This document shows positions 42,101 through 53,829 of a stretch of 64,000 bases of DNA, in pieces. The DNA is taken from IMG/VR virus record IMGVR_UViG_3300048929_000179, positions 21,882-85,881 of that record; one strand, written 5' to 3'. The translations under genes were made by a program, and so were the position numbers. Origin of the DNA: a virus. The stretch's first letter is position 1. The number at the start of each line of letters is the position of its first letter. Under the pieces are notes generated by a model. That model saw nothing but the letters and a program-made list of their open reading frames with translations. It was not told where the DNA came from and did no database searches.

Positions 42101-45100
42101 GCATAAAGTAACAGATAAATTAGGCAGAAGAAGAAAAAGTAATAAATTATTGAAAAGTGACTTAAATTGGTTGTGGTACATGTTGCATGAAAAGGGTTTT
42201 GATAAATTCAAATAACAGTCAAAAATAGATTTTATATGAGAAGAGGTAAAAATATGGCAAAATTTAATGGAAATATTTTCAGATCAGATGCGGCAAAAGA
42301 TAAAAACGAAATTCAAAAATGTTCTATATATCTTCAAGAGTGTTTATCCAACGATGATTATAAACGTCTGGAGAGTGATTTTAGAAAAAGTAATGATGAC
42401 AACATGTCGTGGTGGGAATTTGTAGTAAAGAATGTAAGTGTTGTTTATAAACACTAGAATGAAAGACAGGTTTAAAGGAGGAATAAAGAATGAGCCAACT
42501 ATGGAATTATATTATTAGCGAATTTCCAACGGCATTTGAAACAGTGTTTGCCCGTGACATGCTTGATAACATTTTAGAAGAGTCGGAAAAGATTGAAAAT
42601 ATAGCAGAAAGATGTGACTGGCTTGCTAGAATGATTCCAGAAGTCAGATCAACAGAAATAAGAGATATATTATTACGATGAAAAGCACATTTGACGGTGA
42701 AATCCACCAGAGAGAGGAATGTAATATGAAATTATTAAATAGCGACAAAGAGATTTTGAGAGAATTTGGACATGATGATAAAGACATAGAACAGATAGAA
42801 AGGGCTACGGGTAAGACGGTTTACAAGATTAATTATAAGGATAAGATATCAACCAAACATGCAATAGAGTTGCTCGGAAGAGAAACATTTTTAAGTGGTA
42901 TTTCAAGAAGCGCATTTCATTACAGCGCATTAAGAAATATTGAAAACAGCAAAAATGTTATTTCTTTTGATTCGTCAAAATTATTTGAGTAGGGGAGGTG
43001 GATAAACTATGGTTAATACAGTCAGGACTTATGATGATGCGTACAATTACGGATCAGTAACGCACAAGCGCAAATCAAAACAATTCAATAAATTTTGTTT
43101 AACCATAGGAAGCGTCTTAATTGGGCTTTCTTTTTTTATACCATACTTTCTATCAGATCAAGATGGAAACGGTGCTATAACGGCTATTACCTGGGTTGTA
43201 AGCGTGGTTCTATTCAAACAGATAGAATGGAGGAAGCTGTTTTTATGAGATTTTCGATAACTACATATACATACGGATACTGTCTTACCGATAGGGTGAC
43301 AGGAGAAAAGACATTTTGCGGTTTTAATGAACTTAACGAAACTATTTATAAACTTATGGCAGAGTAGAAAGAACAAGATTTAAACAATCAGAATGGGAGA
43401 TCAACATGAAGAATACAAAACCAGAAACATTTGTTTCAAGAGGTGTTAGATATGTAATTTATAGAACAGAGACGGCAGCTTGCATCATGACTGAAGAGGA
43501 GTATGCGGAAATGTTTGGGGATCATTGGGAAGCTAAAACAGCTTAACACGGAGGTGCGTCATATGGATCGGTATCCAGGACTAGAACAGTGTAAGGATTT
43601 TGAATTAATCCAGGCATCATTTTTACCAGAGCAGCTACGGGTTTTCGATAAACAGCTAACTAAATACCTAAACAGTCGTAAAAGGCAGAACAGTTATCCT
43701 CCTGTGGTTGAATGGTGTGTAGGGTCTATGAACACAGAACAGTTTATAGAAATGTGTGCTAATTAATAGAACAGTCAAAGAACCAAAAGATGTTTTATAG
43801 TGGAAAGAGGTAGAAGTGTATGAAAGAGAGTAAATTTAAAAACCTCATAGTGGACACATATAACAAATCAAGTGAGGGGAATATCGTGGGAATTGTTTAT
43901 GGGGCAACTAGTACATATGGATTCTCCGAATTGATAAAAATTAAAGAATTCGTAGAAGTTACTAATCCAAGTATGTTATATTTAAAATCAAAAATAACAA
44001 ATAGCGAAGTTGATATATATGAATGGGAACTGGAAGATTATAAAATAAAAAATAGCGAAAGTACAATATATATTAAAGTCAAAGGAAGAGAATTTGCAAT
44101 TATGTACTAGCCAATAAAATGTTTGACAGAGAAAATTAGGATTTAAGCTGAAAGAAAGCGTGATTGTATGAAATGTGAACATTGTAAGGCAAGCACTGAA
44201 GAACATTATGCAGAAAGTTATGAAGTGGATTGGTATTGTGCTTGTGGTGTTGATGATAATGATAGAACTGAAAATGCTAAAGGGAAATTAGGTTGTAATT
44301 TACATTATGCGGAAGTGAATAGGAAAGTAAGTCAATCTCACATTTGACAGTGAGTATAAGGAGGAATCATGAGTAAAAGTTTATATGAGAAATTTGCAAA
44401 TATTAAACAGCCAAAAGTGTTAGAGATTACAAGAACTTTTGGAGATGCTGTATCGGTCATCAAAGATATGAAACTAACTTTGTCGGCTGAATATGTTGAC
44501 TGGGCAGAAGAGATTATTTCACGGGTATATAATAGAACGTATGAGGAAGTCAGAGATGCGGTTGACGGTAAGGAGGCGTGGATTAATATAGGTGAAATGT
44601 ATAAGTGATAAGTAAAAGCTGTATTTGATGAACAGGAGATAAACACATGGTTGATTTTAAAGAACAGATCCCGAAGCGTGTGGCACCGGAAGTCAGAGAA
44701 AGATGTAATAATTAGTGGCGCAGCTTTAATACAGCATGATATAATAAGAAGAAAACGAAAAGGACGGGTTATGATATGCCATTATTAATAATACTCATTT
44801 GTGCAGTGATTTATATGGCCTGGGACGGAGATCAGAGGAACCGCAAGTCATCGAAAAGAAATCGTGATTTTGTCAAGTCTCACAATGAATTGTATAAGGA
44901 TATGCCCGATATGCAGATTAAGTAAATGTTAGATTTTATAGAAAATAAAATGGAAAGGGATGGTTAAGAATGAGCAAATATAAGTGGGCAGATATAACAA
45001 CATACTCACGAGGAGACAAAGAGAGGACTCCTAGGGTATTATCTCTTAATTTAATGGAATTTAATTGCGAGATAATAGTACATAGACATATTTATTTTCC

Positions 45101-48100
45101 TGATACATGGGTGCTTAGTTGTAAAAGCATTGGGGTAGATAAGCGTGAATTGACTACAAACGACTTGGAAGAAGCAAAAAATAAGGCTATAGAACTGGTC
45201 TTGAATGGATTAGAAAAAAGACGCGTTGAAATTGAAGCAACGATCGCAGAAATTAAAAGTCTTTAAAAACTATATTTGACGGAGGATATGAAAATGGCAT
45301 TTAATAACGATAAACATGAAATCAAAGGAAGACTAGAAAAGATTGGAGCCAAGGTCGAAGTAAACGAAGCAGAAAAACAGTTAATTGTAGATGATAAATA
45401 TGTTATTAATTATAATAGCGGATACTATCGCAGAATTGAAGATAAGAAGTCTATGGGCAGAGGAACTACTGATTTCGTAGACATGATCGCACGAGAAAAC
45501 AAATTAAAATGATTCTTTGATGAGGAGGTAGGTTATTATGACAATAGATCTGGCAAAGAAAGTAAAAATAGGAGATAAGGTATCATCAAAAGATGGCTTT
45601 CTATTTACAATAGAAGAAATCAGAGAAAAAAGTGATGCTGCAAACATAAATCATTACCTTGAATTTGTTGGAACTACAGATGGAGGATTGAGGGTTTTTT
45701 ATATTCATAAAAATTTAAAAAATCGAATATGGTAGGAGGATAAATAGCATGAGATATTCAGATTATGATAAAAGTATATATACTTCAGAAGATATTATTA
45801 AATATAAAAGGCTGTTCGAAAAAGATATTGCAGATAAACAGAAAGAATTATCTGAATTTGTTGATAGAGCCAATGAACGGATTAAGTGGATAGAAGAATG
45901 TGAAATCAATAATGATTATTCAATTCTTGGAAGACTTTATAAAGACGGAAGAAATAAAAATGTTTTATTAATTATTAGATATAAAGATGGAACTCAAAGA
46001 GACGAAAGATATTCTTTTAATAAAATAGCAGAAGCAAAAAAGAAATTATCAGAACTTCAAGAAAAGCACTCAAATGTTGATTGGTCAAAATTTGAACTTG
46101 ATATATAATAAAAACATCTCTTCAGGGAGGAATTGGAAAGTATTGCATGATAAGAATAAAAAAGCGTTCAGAGTTATTAGGAGCAGAAAAATTTGGAAGC
46201 TGTGCTAGCTGTGGCTGTAGAACAGATGAGAAAGAGATTTTTAAGTTGGAGTTTGAAGATCTTGCAAACAGCAAAAGTAGTTTGAGTTTGTGCTCGGAAT
46301 GCATAATGATATTAAAAGAAACCATATAAAAGGATTATTTTATAGGGGGGTAAACATGGGAGATATAAGAGAAGAAGGAAAATTGTTAAAAGCAGTACAT
46401 AACGAAAAGATAAAGAAAACGCCTGACAGGATCGAATATGCTATTAAACAGTTTGAAGAAAATGGCGTTGAGTACCGGTTGCTCAATGGGTCAACAGGTC
46501 ACTTTCATTGTTGGAGAAAACGGGACGAATATCTTTATCAGTATTGGGCTGGAACCGGCAAGATTTTAGGACATGATGATATAAGAGGAATTAACTCACT
46601 AATTGAAGCGTTATTGAAATGATTATTTGATGAAGCTTTGTTGAAACGATAATTCATGGAGGAGCTTACATGAAGATTGTGTTGAAAAGTTATATGGATT
46701 TAATATCGATAAATTATACAGACATAATACAGAAAGAAAGTAAATACAAAGAGGCGAATAAGCGTCTATGTGAATACGGGAAACCATTAACTAGGCAAGG
46801 GTGGAAAGAACTTACATTAGAGGGAAATTGTTAGAAGCAGAAGTTTTTGTTAGGTGTGATTAGCGCTTATGTACTACGTGAATACAAAGGAGAAAATATA
46901 TGTATGATACTAAATTATTAGATAAGTTTGATAGATTAAAAAATGATATATTAAACAGAAAAGAAGAGCATAAACAAAGTTCTGAATGTGTTATTATAGA
47001 TTGTCCTATATGTAGTTGCTTTGAGAAAGAATATCGTTCCGAATGCCATAGGCAAGCTCAATTTTTCAAGCAAGATTCAGGGTGGGGTGCATTTTAATTC
47101 CGATTTTTATGTATATAGTATTGGTCTATAAAATATAAGATTGATATGGAGGAATAAAATAATGATGATACTAAAAGGTGACGTTGGAAAATCAGTTGTA
47201 GTTGATAGATTGTCAAAATATACAGATACTCAAATATTTGGATACTCAGACGATATACCGACTTACATTGATGGGATAACTTATGTTTTAAGAAAAGATG
47301 TATCAATAGAATTATTTTGTAATTACTTTGAAGAAAATCTACTAAAAAACGAATATACAGAAATGCTTATTATTTACACCAATTTAAATGAAGATGAAGT
47401 TGGAATGATATGCAATCGTATTAATATGTTAGAAGAGAATGGTTGTGTAGGGTATTCGATTGTTACATGTAAATAATATGACGTTGATGTAGAGGTGTGA
47501 ATAATGAAGAGTGAAACATGGGACGGTTTGACAAGAAAATTTATTAATACTCCAAAAGAAATGGTTAATTTCATAAACGATATTGATGAGGTATGCAAGA
47601 AATATGGATTGTCAATATCACATGAAGATGGTCATGGAGCATTTATAATAGAAGAATATGATGAACACAATATTAAGTGGCTTCGAGATGCAACTAAGGG
47701 TTATAGGAAGGAAGATGTATTATGAGCAACAAAATGTTTTTAAAACCAAAGAATCCATTTCTTCTATTGAGCCAAGATGTAGATGGTGAGGTGAATTATT
47801 CTTGGTTAGGATCAGAAGAAGAATTGCAGGAAGTTGCAAAAGAATTATTAGAGTACGGAAATAAAGTAATTAATGCAATAGAAATAGGAAGCTCAAGAGA
47901 TATCATAATAAAGAAGCTATACGATGCAGGTGATTTTATCGAGGAGATTAACTCGGCATATGAAACAGCTAAAAACAATGGGCTTGACAGTATAATCTTG
48001 ATTGTGGCTACAGATTGCGAAATGGAATACAGTATAAATGATACAGAGAATGGATTCCAGTGTGATGAATTTGATTGTTACTTTGATGATTTAGACCAGA

Positions 48101-49363
48101 TTGCAGAAGAGTTATTTTGTAGGCTGTGTGGCGATGTAACAGAAATAAGAATTGAATAAAAAATATAAGTGACGAGATTAATGAGGAGGTATGATTAAGT
48201 TGAATGCCAAATTTTTGGGTTTTATCAACTTACAAAAGAATAAGACCACAGAATATATTAATCCAGGAACGTATTACAGCAATACTCAATTAGACAAGAT
48301 TATTTCACTCCTTGGAGATGATTATCGTCCGAAAAAGATAGTTATTCTTGAAGGAAAACTCGATTATTTAAAGTATATTTTGCACATGAGATCAATTTAC
48401 AAAATATCATTGCTATTATTCTTTTCTGCTTGGTTTTCAAAGATAGAAGGTGTTTATATACGATGTTTAGATGAAGTTCATATTTACGTATATGCCCAGG
48501 ATTACAGGGAGTATGATGAGTTTGATAAAGCGTTGTATTCTGTACACTCGTTAGTTCATGAACTAAGACACAGATGGCAATATGTAAACAAATTTACGGA
48601 AGATGAAGAAACCGATTGTGACAAGTTTGCCACGAGTTTTGTAAACAAGAAAAGCAATATTATATCAAAAATTATGAATTGGAAAGACGAATGGGAAGTA
48701 GAAGAGGAGGACTAACTATGTGGGATAAAGAAAACCTAGAAGAAGCAATAAGATTACTAACTTCTTTTGCTAATGAATTGTGGCAGCTTGACGAGCCAGA
48801 TAATTCAGAACAGATACGTAGAACCATCACTATTTTAGAAAGACAACTTGATATGTTAAATAGTTTCGATAAATGATAACTTTGACTGAGAAAGGGAATA
48901 TTATGAGTAGAGAAGAAATGATTGAGAAAATCTTAAAATCTAAACCACCTTATGATAAAAGTGATATTTATTATACCAGAGATAATTGGAGTAGGTATGG
49001 CGGTATATCGTCGGGTGCATATGTTTGTTGGTGCTGGTTTAAAAGTGTAAGGGAGCTTCCTGATGACGAATTATTGGAATTATATAACAAAGTAGTAATA
49101 CAGTAAATGTGACATTTGACGCAGAAATTGAGGTGATTACAGTGTTCAAAGTAGGTGATGTGTGTTATTTCCTAATAAGCGGTGCAAGCCCTACAGAGGG
49201 AAAAATATTAGCCAAGAATGGAGAACTATATACCATAAGATATGGTGGCAATAAAGGTATAAGATTAAAAGAGCATAGATTATATAAAACGCTTGAAGAC
49301 TCAGAACGTGAAACGCCAAAACAAGTACCCATGGTCAGATCACCTTATGACTACCCACATTAA
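39113..49363 (+). CDS. array of about 30 small co-oriented early genes of mostly unknown function
   Basis: Plus-strand ORF-track entries with RBSs (e.g. 39113, 39491, 39807, 40015, 40477, 40792, 41493, 41928, 42490, 43009, 43820, 44369, 44970, 45749, 47722, 48873); many are bounded by the N6 site. Confidence 0.7.
48191..48715 (+). CDS. zincin-like metallopeptidase domain protein
   Basis: HSLVHELRHRWQ (HExxH) with downstream acidic E-D-C-D-x-F-A segment. Confidence 0.55.
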   Translation: MIKLNAKFLGFINLQKNKTTEYINPGTYYSNTQLDKIISLLGDDYRPKKIVILEGKLDYLKYILHMRSIYKISLLLFFSAWFSKIEGVYIRCLDEVHIYVYAQDYREYDEFDKALYSVHSLVHELRHRWQYVNKFTEDEETDCDKFATSFVNKKSNIISKIMNWKDEWEVEEED

Positions 49364-49378
49364 TAAAAGGAGGTTGCG

Positions 49379-50314
49379 ATGAGCAAGATAACATACAAGG
49401 GCAAAGAATACGCCGTAAAATATGACAGCAAAATGGAATATGATTACATTGCCGTTGATAATCAAATATTATATGTCAGAGATGGAAAAGTTCTTAATAA
49501 ACAGCCAGGTGCAAAAGCTGAGGTATATCCTTTCAATCTGAATGATACCAGGAACATGCTAAAGTATTTTAAAGAGAACAAAATGTGGCAAAGTTACCTG
49601 TGGTTTGTAATTGGTTGTAATCTTGGGCGCAGAGCTGGCGATACAAGAACACTTACGTGGCAGCATTTCTTTTTAGCAAATGGACACTTTAGAAAAGAGA
49701 TTCTTGCAATAAGAGAAGAAAAGACGGATAAGCTTGCAAGCCCATATATAAATGAAGCTGTAAAACAGGCTGTTAAATTGTATTGCTCCGAACTTGAAAT
49801 TAATCCAATGGAAGAATACAATGAATACGTGTTGCTGAACAGGGGTGGAACGCATAAGGGAAATTTATTTACAATAAAAGCTTATGGGGAATCAATAAAG
49901 AAAGCTGCTGAAGTATGTGGAATTACTTACAATGTAAATACACATAGTACACGAAAGTTTCTTGGTAAGACTTTAATTGACTTACATCCGAACGATCCAA
50001 GAGCGTTGATGATAGTAAGTAAAATTTTTGGTCATTCAACACTAGAACAAACGATGGACTATGTTGGTATAACTCATGATAAAGTAAATGATTATTTTGA
50101 AGATATGGGGAAATTCTTCACTGAATATGCGGAAGGAGATAGGGAAATTGTAATTAATTCAGACAGCAATATGGTATCACTTGACGTAAACGATTTACGT
50201 AACGCGTTAGCAGATGCATATAAGCTTGGACTTAAAAACGCCGATAGTGATGCAGAATCACATATTGACTTCATTAATGATATCATGAAATCCATCGAAG
50301 AAAAATTAAAGTAA
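49379..50314 (+). CDS. tyrosine recombinase (early region; SPbeta YopP-like position)
   Basis: LGRRAGD (R), EEKTDK (K), THSTRK (HxxR), IFGHS (H), MDYVG (Y): complete catalytic set. Confidence 0.9.
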   Translation: MSKITYKGKEYAVKYDSKMEYDYIAVDNQILYVRDGKVLNKQPGAKAEVYPFNLNDTRNMLKYFKENKMWQSYLWFVIGCNLGRRAGDTRTLTWQHFFLANGHFRKEILAIREEKTDKLASPYINEAVKQAVKLYCSELEINPMEEYNEYVLLNRGGTHKGNLFTIKAYGESIKKAAEVCGITYNVNTHSTRKFLGKTLIDLHPNDPRALMIVSKIFGHSTLEQTMDYVGITHDKVNDYFEDMGKFFTEYAEGDREIVINSDSNMVSLDVNDLRNALADAYKLGLKNADSDAESHIDFINDIMKSIEEKLK

Positions 50315-50318
50315 TAGA

Positions 50319-50361
50319 CTGAAATAAAATTGTTGACAATAGTATTGTTGTGTGTTATACT
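50319..50361 (+). promoter_or_regulatory. sigmaA promoter with upstream box
   Basis: CTGAAATAAAATTG-TTGACA-N17-TATACT. Confidence 0.85.
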
Positions 50362-50490
50362 CTCATTAAGTTAGTAATTACTAATGCTCTTGGCGGAGCA
50401 AAACAGGTCTTGGATGTTATCATACCCATACCCCAACAAATATAATGAGAGGAGTAATGGCCACTATAAGTAGGTCATGAGTGAGAGAGT

Positions 50491-50907
50491 ATGCACAATG
50501 AAAATAGAATTGACAATGATTATAGGAGGACACCTACTCCGTTAGGAGGGGAAATTTGGGATGCGTATATTCCAAAAACAGAAGATAGAATTAAGAGCAG
50601 CAAGCAGTATGGGCGAAGACCAGTTCTAGTTATGTCTAATGATACGTTTAATAAATTTTCTTCACAAGTAAATATTTATCCAATTTCATCAAAAATAAAT
50701 AAAATGTCACCAGTACATGTATATATGCCATCAGACGATCACAATGGGTTAAAAAGTGATAGCGTTTTACTTGTAGAAAGCCCTGATTCTATTCCAAAAG
50801 ATTGTTTGTATCGAAAAATTGGAGAGGTTAAAGATGGGAATGTTATAAATCGTATATGTGATGCAATCAAACTACAATTTTCATTTGCATTTTCCTGTGC
50901 GGTATAG
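50491..50907 (+). CDS. PemK/MazF-family endoribonuclease-like protein (no adjacent antitoxin gene)
   Basis: GEIWDA...QYGRRPVLVMSNDTFN...YPISS...GLKSDSVLL...LYRKIG. Confidence 0.85.
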   Translation: MHNENRIDNDYRRTPTPLGGEIWDAYIPKTEDRIKSSKQYGRRPVLVMSNDTFNKFSSQVNIYPISSKINKMSPVHVYMPSDDHNGLKSDSVLLVESPDSIPKDCLYRKIGEVKDGNVINRICDAIKLQFSFAFSCAV

Positions 50908-50977
50908 TTTGAAATAAAATTGACCTTTTTTTATTATTGTGATATTATATAGTACATAAGATAATAGGAGGTTAAAT

Positions 50978-52024
50978 ATGAGTGATAAGTATACGGTAGA
51001 AGACTACAAAAAAATGATAGACGATTTTTGTATTTACAAGGGATACACTGATAAACAGAGGGCTTTTTTAATGAAGCCGTACATTTATGAGAAAGATTTA
51101 TTTTATTTAAATGTAAAAGAATATGTTGATTTAATTATTGAAGACATGTGTGGTAAAACTAAGAGTATGCAATATCTTATAGAAAATATTAGTTATATGA
51201 ATCAATTCTTTGAGTGGTGCGTAATCAATGGTTATACATTTATAAATCCGTTTGTTGAATTTGATGCACTATCTCAAAAAACGTTGATTAATATATTGAT
51301 TGAAAATAAGGACATTAAAGTATTATACAAAGAGGATATGCGTAACATAGTAAGTGGAATTGAATATAATAAAAATTATTGTGGTATGTTAGTGTATGGA
51401 TTTTTCGAGGGTATTCGTAATGCAAAAGAGTTTACAAACATAAAAATATCTGATATTGATTTTGATAAAAATACGATTCAGTTTAAAAATAGATTATTTT
51501 ATGGGTCCGAATTACTGTTCTCGTATATAAACGGTTATATTAGAGAAGACGAGTATACCAAAGTGAGGATTTCTAAAGGGAACGTTCTCTTAGACAGTCT
51601 TGGTCTTATATCAATTGATGGACTACTAATCAAAAGTAAAATTTTTAAAAATACAAATATTGAAGAATATGTGGAATCTTTTGATGAAGGTAATAAATTG
51701 GTTATACAGAAAATAATTACTAAAGACGTTAGAAGCACAATACCTCGTCTACTTTCTGTTAGTGGGTCTCATGGTTCTAAATATAACGACATAAATATAG
51801 ATCTGCTTCACAAATCTGGGTTTATAGATTTTGCCAGAAGACAATTATATAATTATAATGACGTTGAGTTTTGTAGAATCTTTACAGAGTATAACGATCG
51901 CAAAAGTGATGAATGGTGTAAAATATTGCAAGAAATAGCTGAAAATTTTGGAGACAACTTAAGAGGTAGTGATGTTAGAAAAATTTATAGACCATATATA
52001 ATGAGTAGTAGATATTATAAATAG
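50978..52024 (+). CDS. degenerate integrase-fold protein, MrpR (YopR)-like repressor candidate
   Basis: FEGIRNAKEFTNIKISDIDF box I; HxxR replaced by LHKSG; no recognisable box II H/Y; follows a recombinase gene as in SPbeta. Confidence 0.6.
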   Translation: MSDKYTVEDYKKMIDDFCIYKGYTDKQRAFLMKPYIYEKDLFYLNVKEYVDLIIEDMCGKTKSMQYLIENISYMNQFFEWCVINGYTFINPFVEFDALSQKTLINILIENKDIKVLYKEDMRNIVSGIEYNKNYCGMLVYGFFEGIRNAKEFTNIKISDIDFDKNTIQFKNRLFYGSELLFSYINGYIREDEYTKVRISKGNVLLDSLGLISIDGLLIKSKIFKNTNIEEYVESFDEGNKLVIQKIITKDVRSTIPRLLSVSGSHGSKYNDINIDLLHKSGFIDFARRQLYNYNDVEFCRIFTEYNDRKSDEWCKILQEIAENFGDNLRGSDVRKIYRPYIMSSRYYK

Positions 52025-52085
52025 GCGACAATTTGTTGCCGTTTTAATAGATTGAAATAAAATTAAGAGTGTTCGAAAAAATCCA

Positions 52086-52114
52086 TTGACACTGGGAGAA
52101 AATGGGGCTATAAT
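52086..52114 (+). promoter_or_regulatory. consensus sigmaA promoter
   Basis: TTGACA-N17-TATAAT, box copy 52052-52063 upstream. Confidence 0.85.
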
Positions 52115-52155
52115 GAGATCAATGAAGAACAGACGTTCGAAAATGGAGGGCAACT

Positions 52156-52398
52156 ATGGTGATCATGAGAGAGGGTAGTTATAGTGAGATTATTCATGAA
52201 GTTGAGAATTATAATATTGAAGACATAGCCTTAAAATGTTTGTTCAAATGTGGAGGTAGGATTGATGGGAATATGGACACCATAGGAAGTATACCCGAAA
52301 ATGGAATATTGGAAGTGCTGCTTACAGAAGATGAAAAGGTTATTCATTACGCTGTTACATATCCAGATAAATACATAGAAATAAAGATTATAAAATAA
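52156..52398 (+). CDS. hypothetical protein
   Basis: ORF track. Confidence 0.6.
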   Translation: MVIMREGSYSEIIHEVENYNIEDIALKCLFKCGGRIDGNMDTIGSIPENGILEVLLTEDEKVIHYAVTYPDKYIEIKIIK

Positions 52399-52514
52399 TC
52401 CCCAGTACAAACGTGTTGGCGCACTCCTGGGGATCTAAACAGACCTCAAACAGTTATGATGCAACGTGACGTTGCAAAGACATAAGACATGTTCAAGAAC
52501 GCACCGATTGGCGC
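52395..52514 (-). ncRNA. predicted ~120-nt small RNA
   Basis: Minus-strand TTGACT-N17-TATAAT at 52549-52521; ends in CCCCAG...CTGGGG hairpin followed by ATTATTTT. Confidence 0.6.
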
Positions 52515-52582
52515 TATTAAATTATAGCAAATCTTGTAACATTAGTCAATGTATAGTTCCCAGTAAACAGATAAACAAATAT

Positions 52583-52654
52583 AGGGCTGCCGCCAATCGG
52601 AGAGACACAGGACGTTAGCTCCTGTATTTGTTGGTTCAAATCCAACTAGCCCAG
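52583..52654 (+). tRNA. degenerate tRNA-Gln-like gene with TTA in the anticodon position
   Basis: GGGCTG/TAGCCC acceptor, CAGGA-CGTTAGC-TCCTG anticodon arm, GTTGG-TTCAAAT-CCAAC T-arm; A1:A72, G33, broken D-stem, no CCA. Confidence 0.7.
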
Positions 52655-52746
52655 TTAATAGGTTGAAATAAAATTGAACAAATGAGAAAAATTAAAATAT
52701 GTAGGAACAGGACGTAGAATTCGTATTTGATGGAGAAGCGCGGATA

Positions 52747-53787
52747 TTGGGAAGGGGGGTAAAATTTATGATTATAAGTCACTCAAGAGGTCATGAAATA
52801 TATTATAACGGGAAAGAGTGGAGATATCGTGACACAAATGAAATTTGTAATGATGACAGGCCGTGTAAAAAATGTGGTAGATATCCAACAGTAGAAGGAT
52901 ATGATGCTTGCTTGGGTCATGTCTTCGGGGCAAAGAGTGCTTGTTGTGGACATGGAGTAGAAAACGGTTATGTTGTCAGATGATTTATGTAAATTAAAAA
53001 ACAAATGTACGTCAATCTCGGATTTGACGGTGAAAATAGGAGGATTAAAAATGTTAAAAAGTATAAAGACAATTAAGTGTCCAGTATGTGGTTGTACGGA
53101 AATAGTGGAAGAAAGTATTAAAACATCAAATTATAACAGACCAGAAGTATTACAGCATTGTAGCGGTGCAAGATGGGAATGCAGAAAATTCTTGTGTGGT
53201 TATAGAATTCAGTATGAGCCAAATTTTTCAAAAGAAGTTGAAAGTAATAATTCGGAATGTTGTTATAATCCAGAAGTAATTGCAAGAAAAGAAAAAGAGA
53301 AAAAAGACAAGAGAGATATTATTAACTTATTGGAAAGCAATAATATTTCACAATTAATAATTGATAGAGTTAAAATGCACTGTTTATATTAAGCAGGTAA
53401 AATACTTATTTAATTATATAGAAGGGATAAAATATGAAAGAAAAAATTAGATGTAAAGATTGTAAATATTATGACAATTATACTATGCTTTGTAGATTTT
53501 ACGAGCCACAAGATAAAAATCACCGAGATAATACTTGTAAGTATGCAGAAGCTAAAGAAATTAATATTAAAAATAAATAAATTGCTGATTTTACTTATAA
53601 GAAAGGAAACACTATGGGAGTTTGTTTAAAATGTAAAAGAGATATATCAGAAGTAAGTGACGGAGATTTAAGAAGTGAATATTGTGAGCAAGCTGATTAT
53701 TGTGGCATGGAAGGTTTAACTGAAAATCAGCAATTACTGGTAGAAGGAAAGCTATGCGAAGAGTGTTATGAAGATGAATTGGAGTAG
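52747..53787 (+). CDS. four small Cys-rich hypothetical genes
   Basis: ORF track 52747-52983 and 53050-53392 plus two short RBS-led ORFs (near 53434-53580 and 53613-53787); CxxC motifs. Confidence 0.6.
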
Positions 53788-53829
53788 AAGTCTGGTTTGA
53801 CAGTGAAAAATAAAAGAGGAGGATTTTGA

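Noticed and set aside
38278-47109. Weak N6-site candidates at about 38281, 39780, 43375, 43783, 47094 and 48160
   Set aside because: An atypical arm or wrong spacing; excluded from the count because AT-rich DNA gives chance matches.
49109-52398. Arbitrium (aimR/aimP) system expected from SPbeta similarity
   Set aside because: No TPR-type receptor or signal-peptide propeptide is recognisable in this window.
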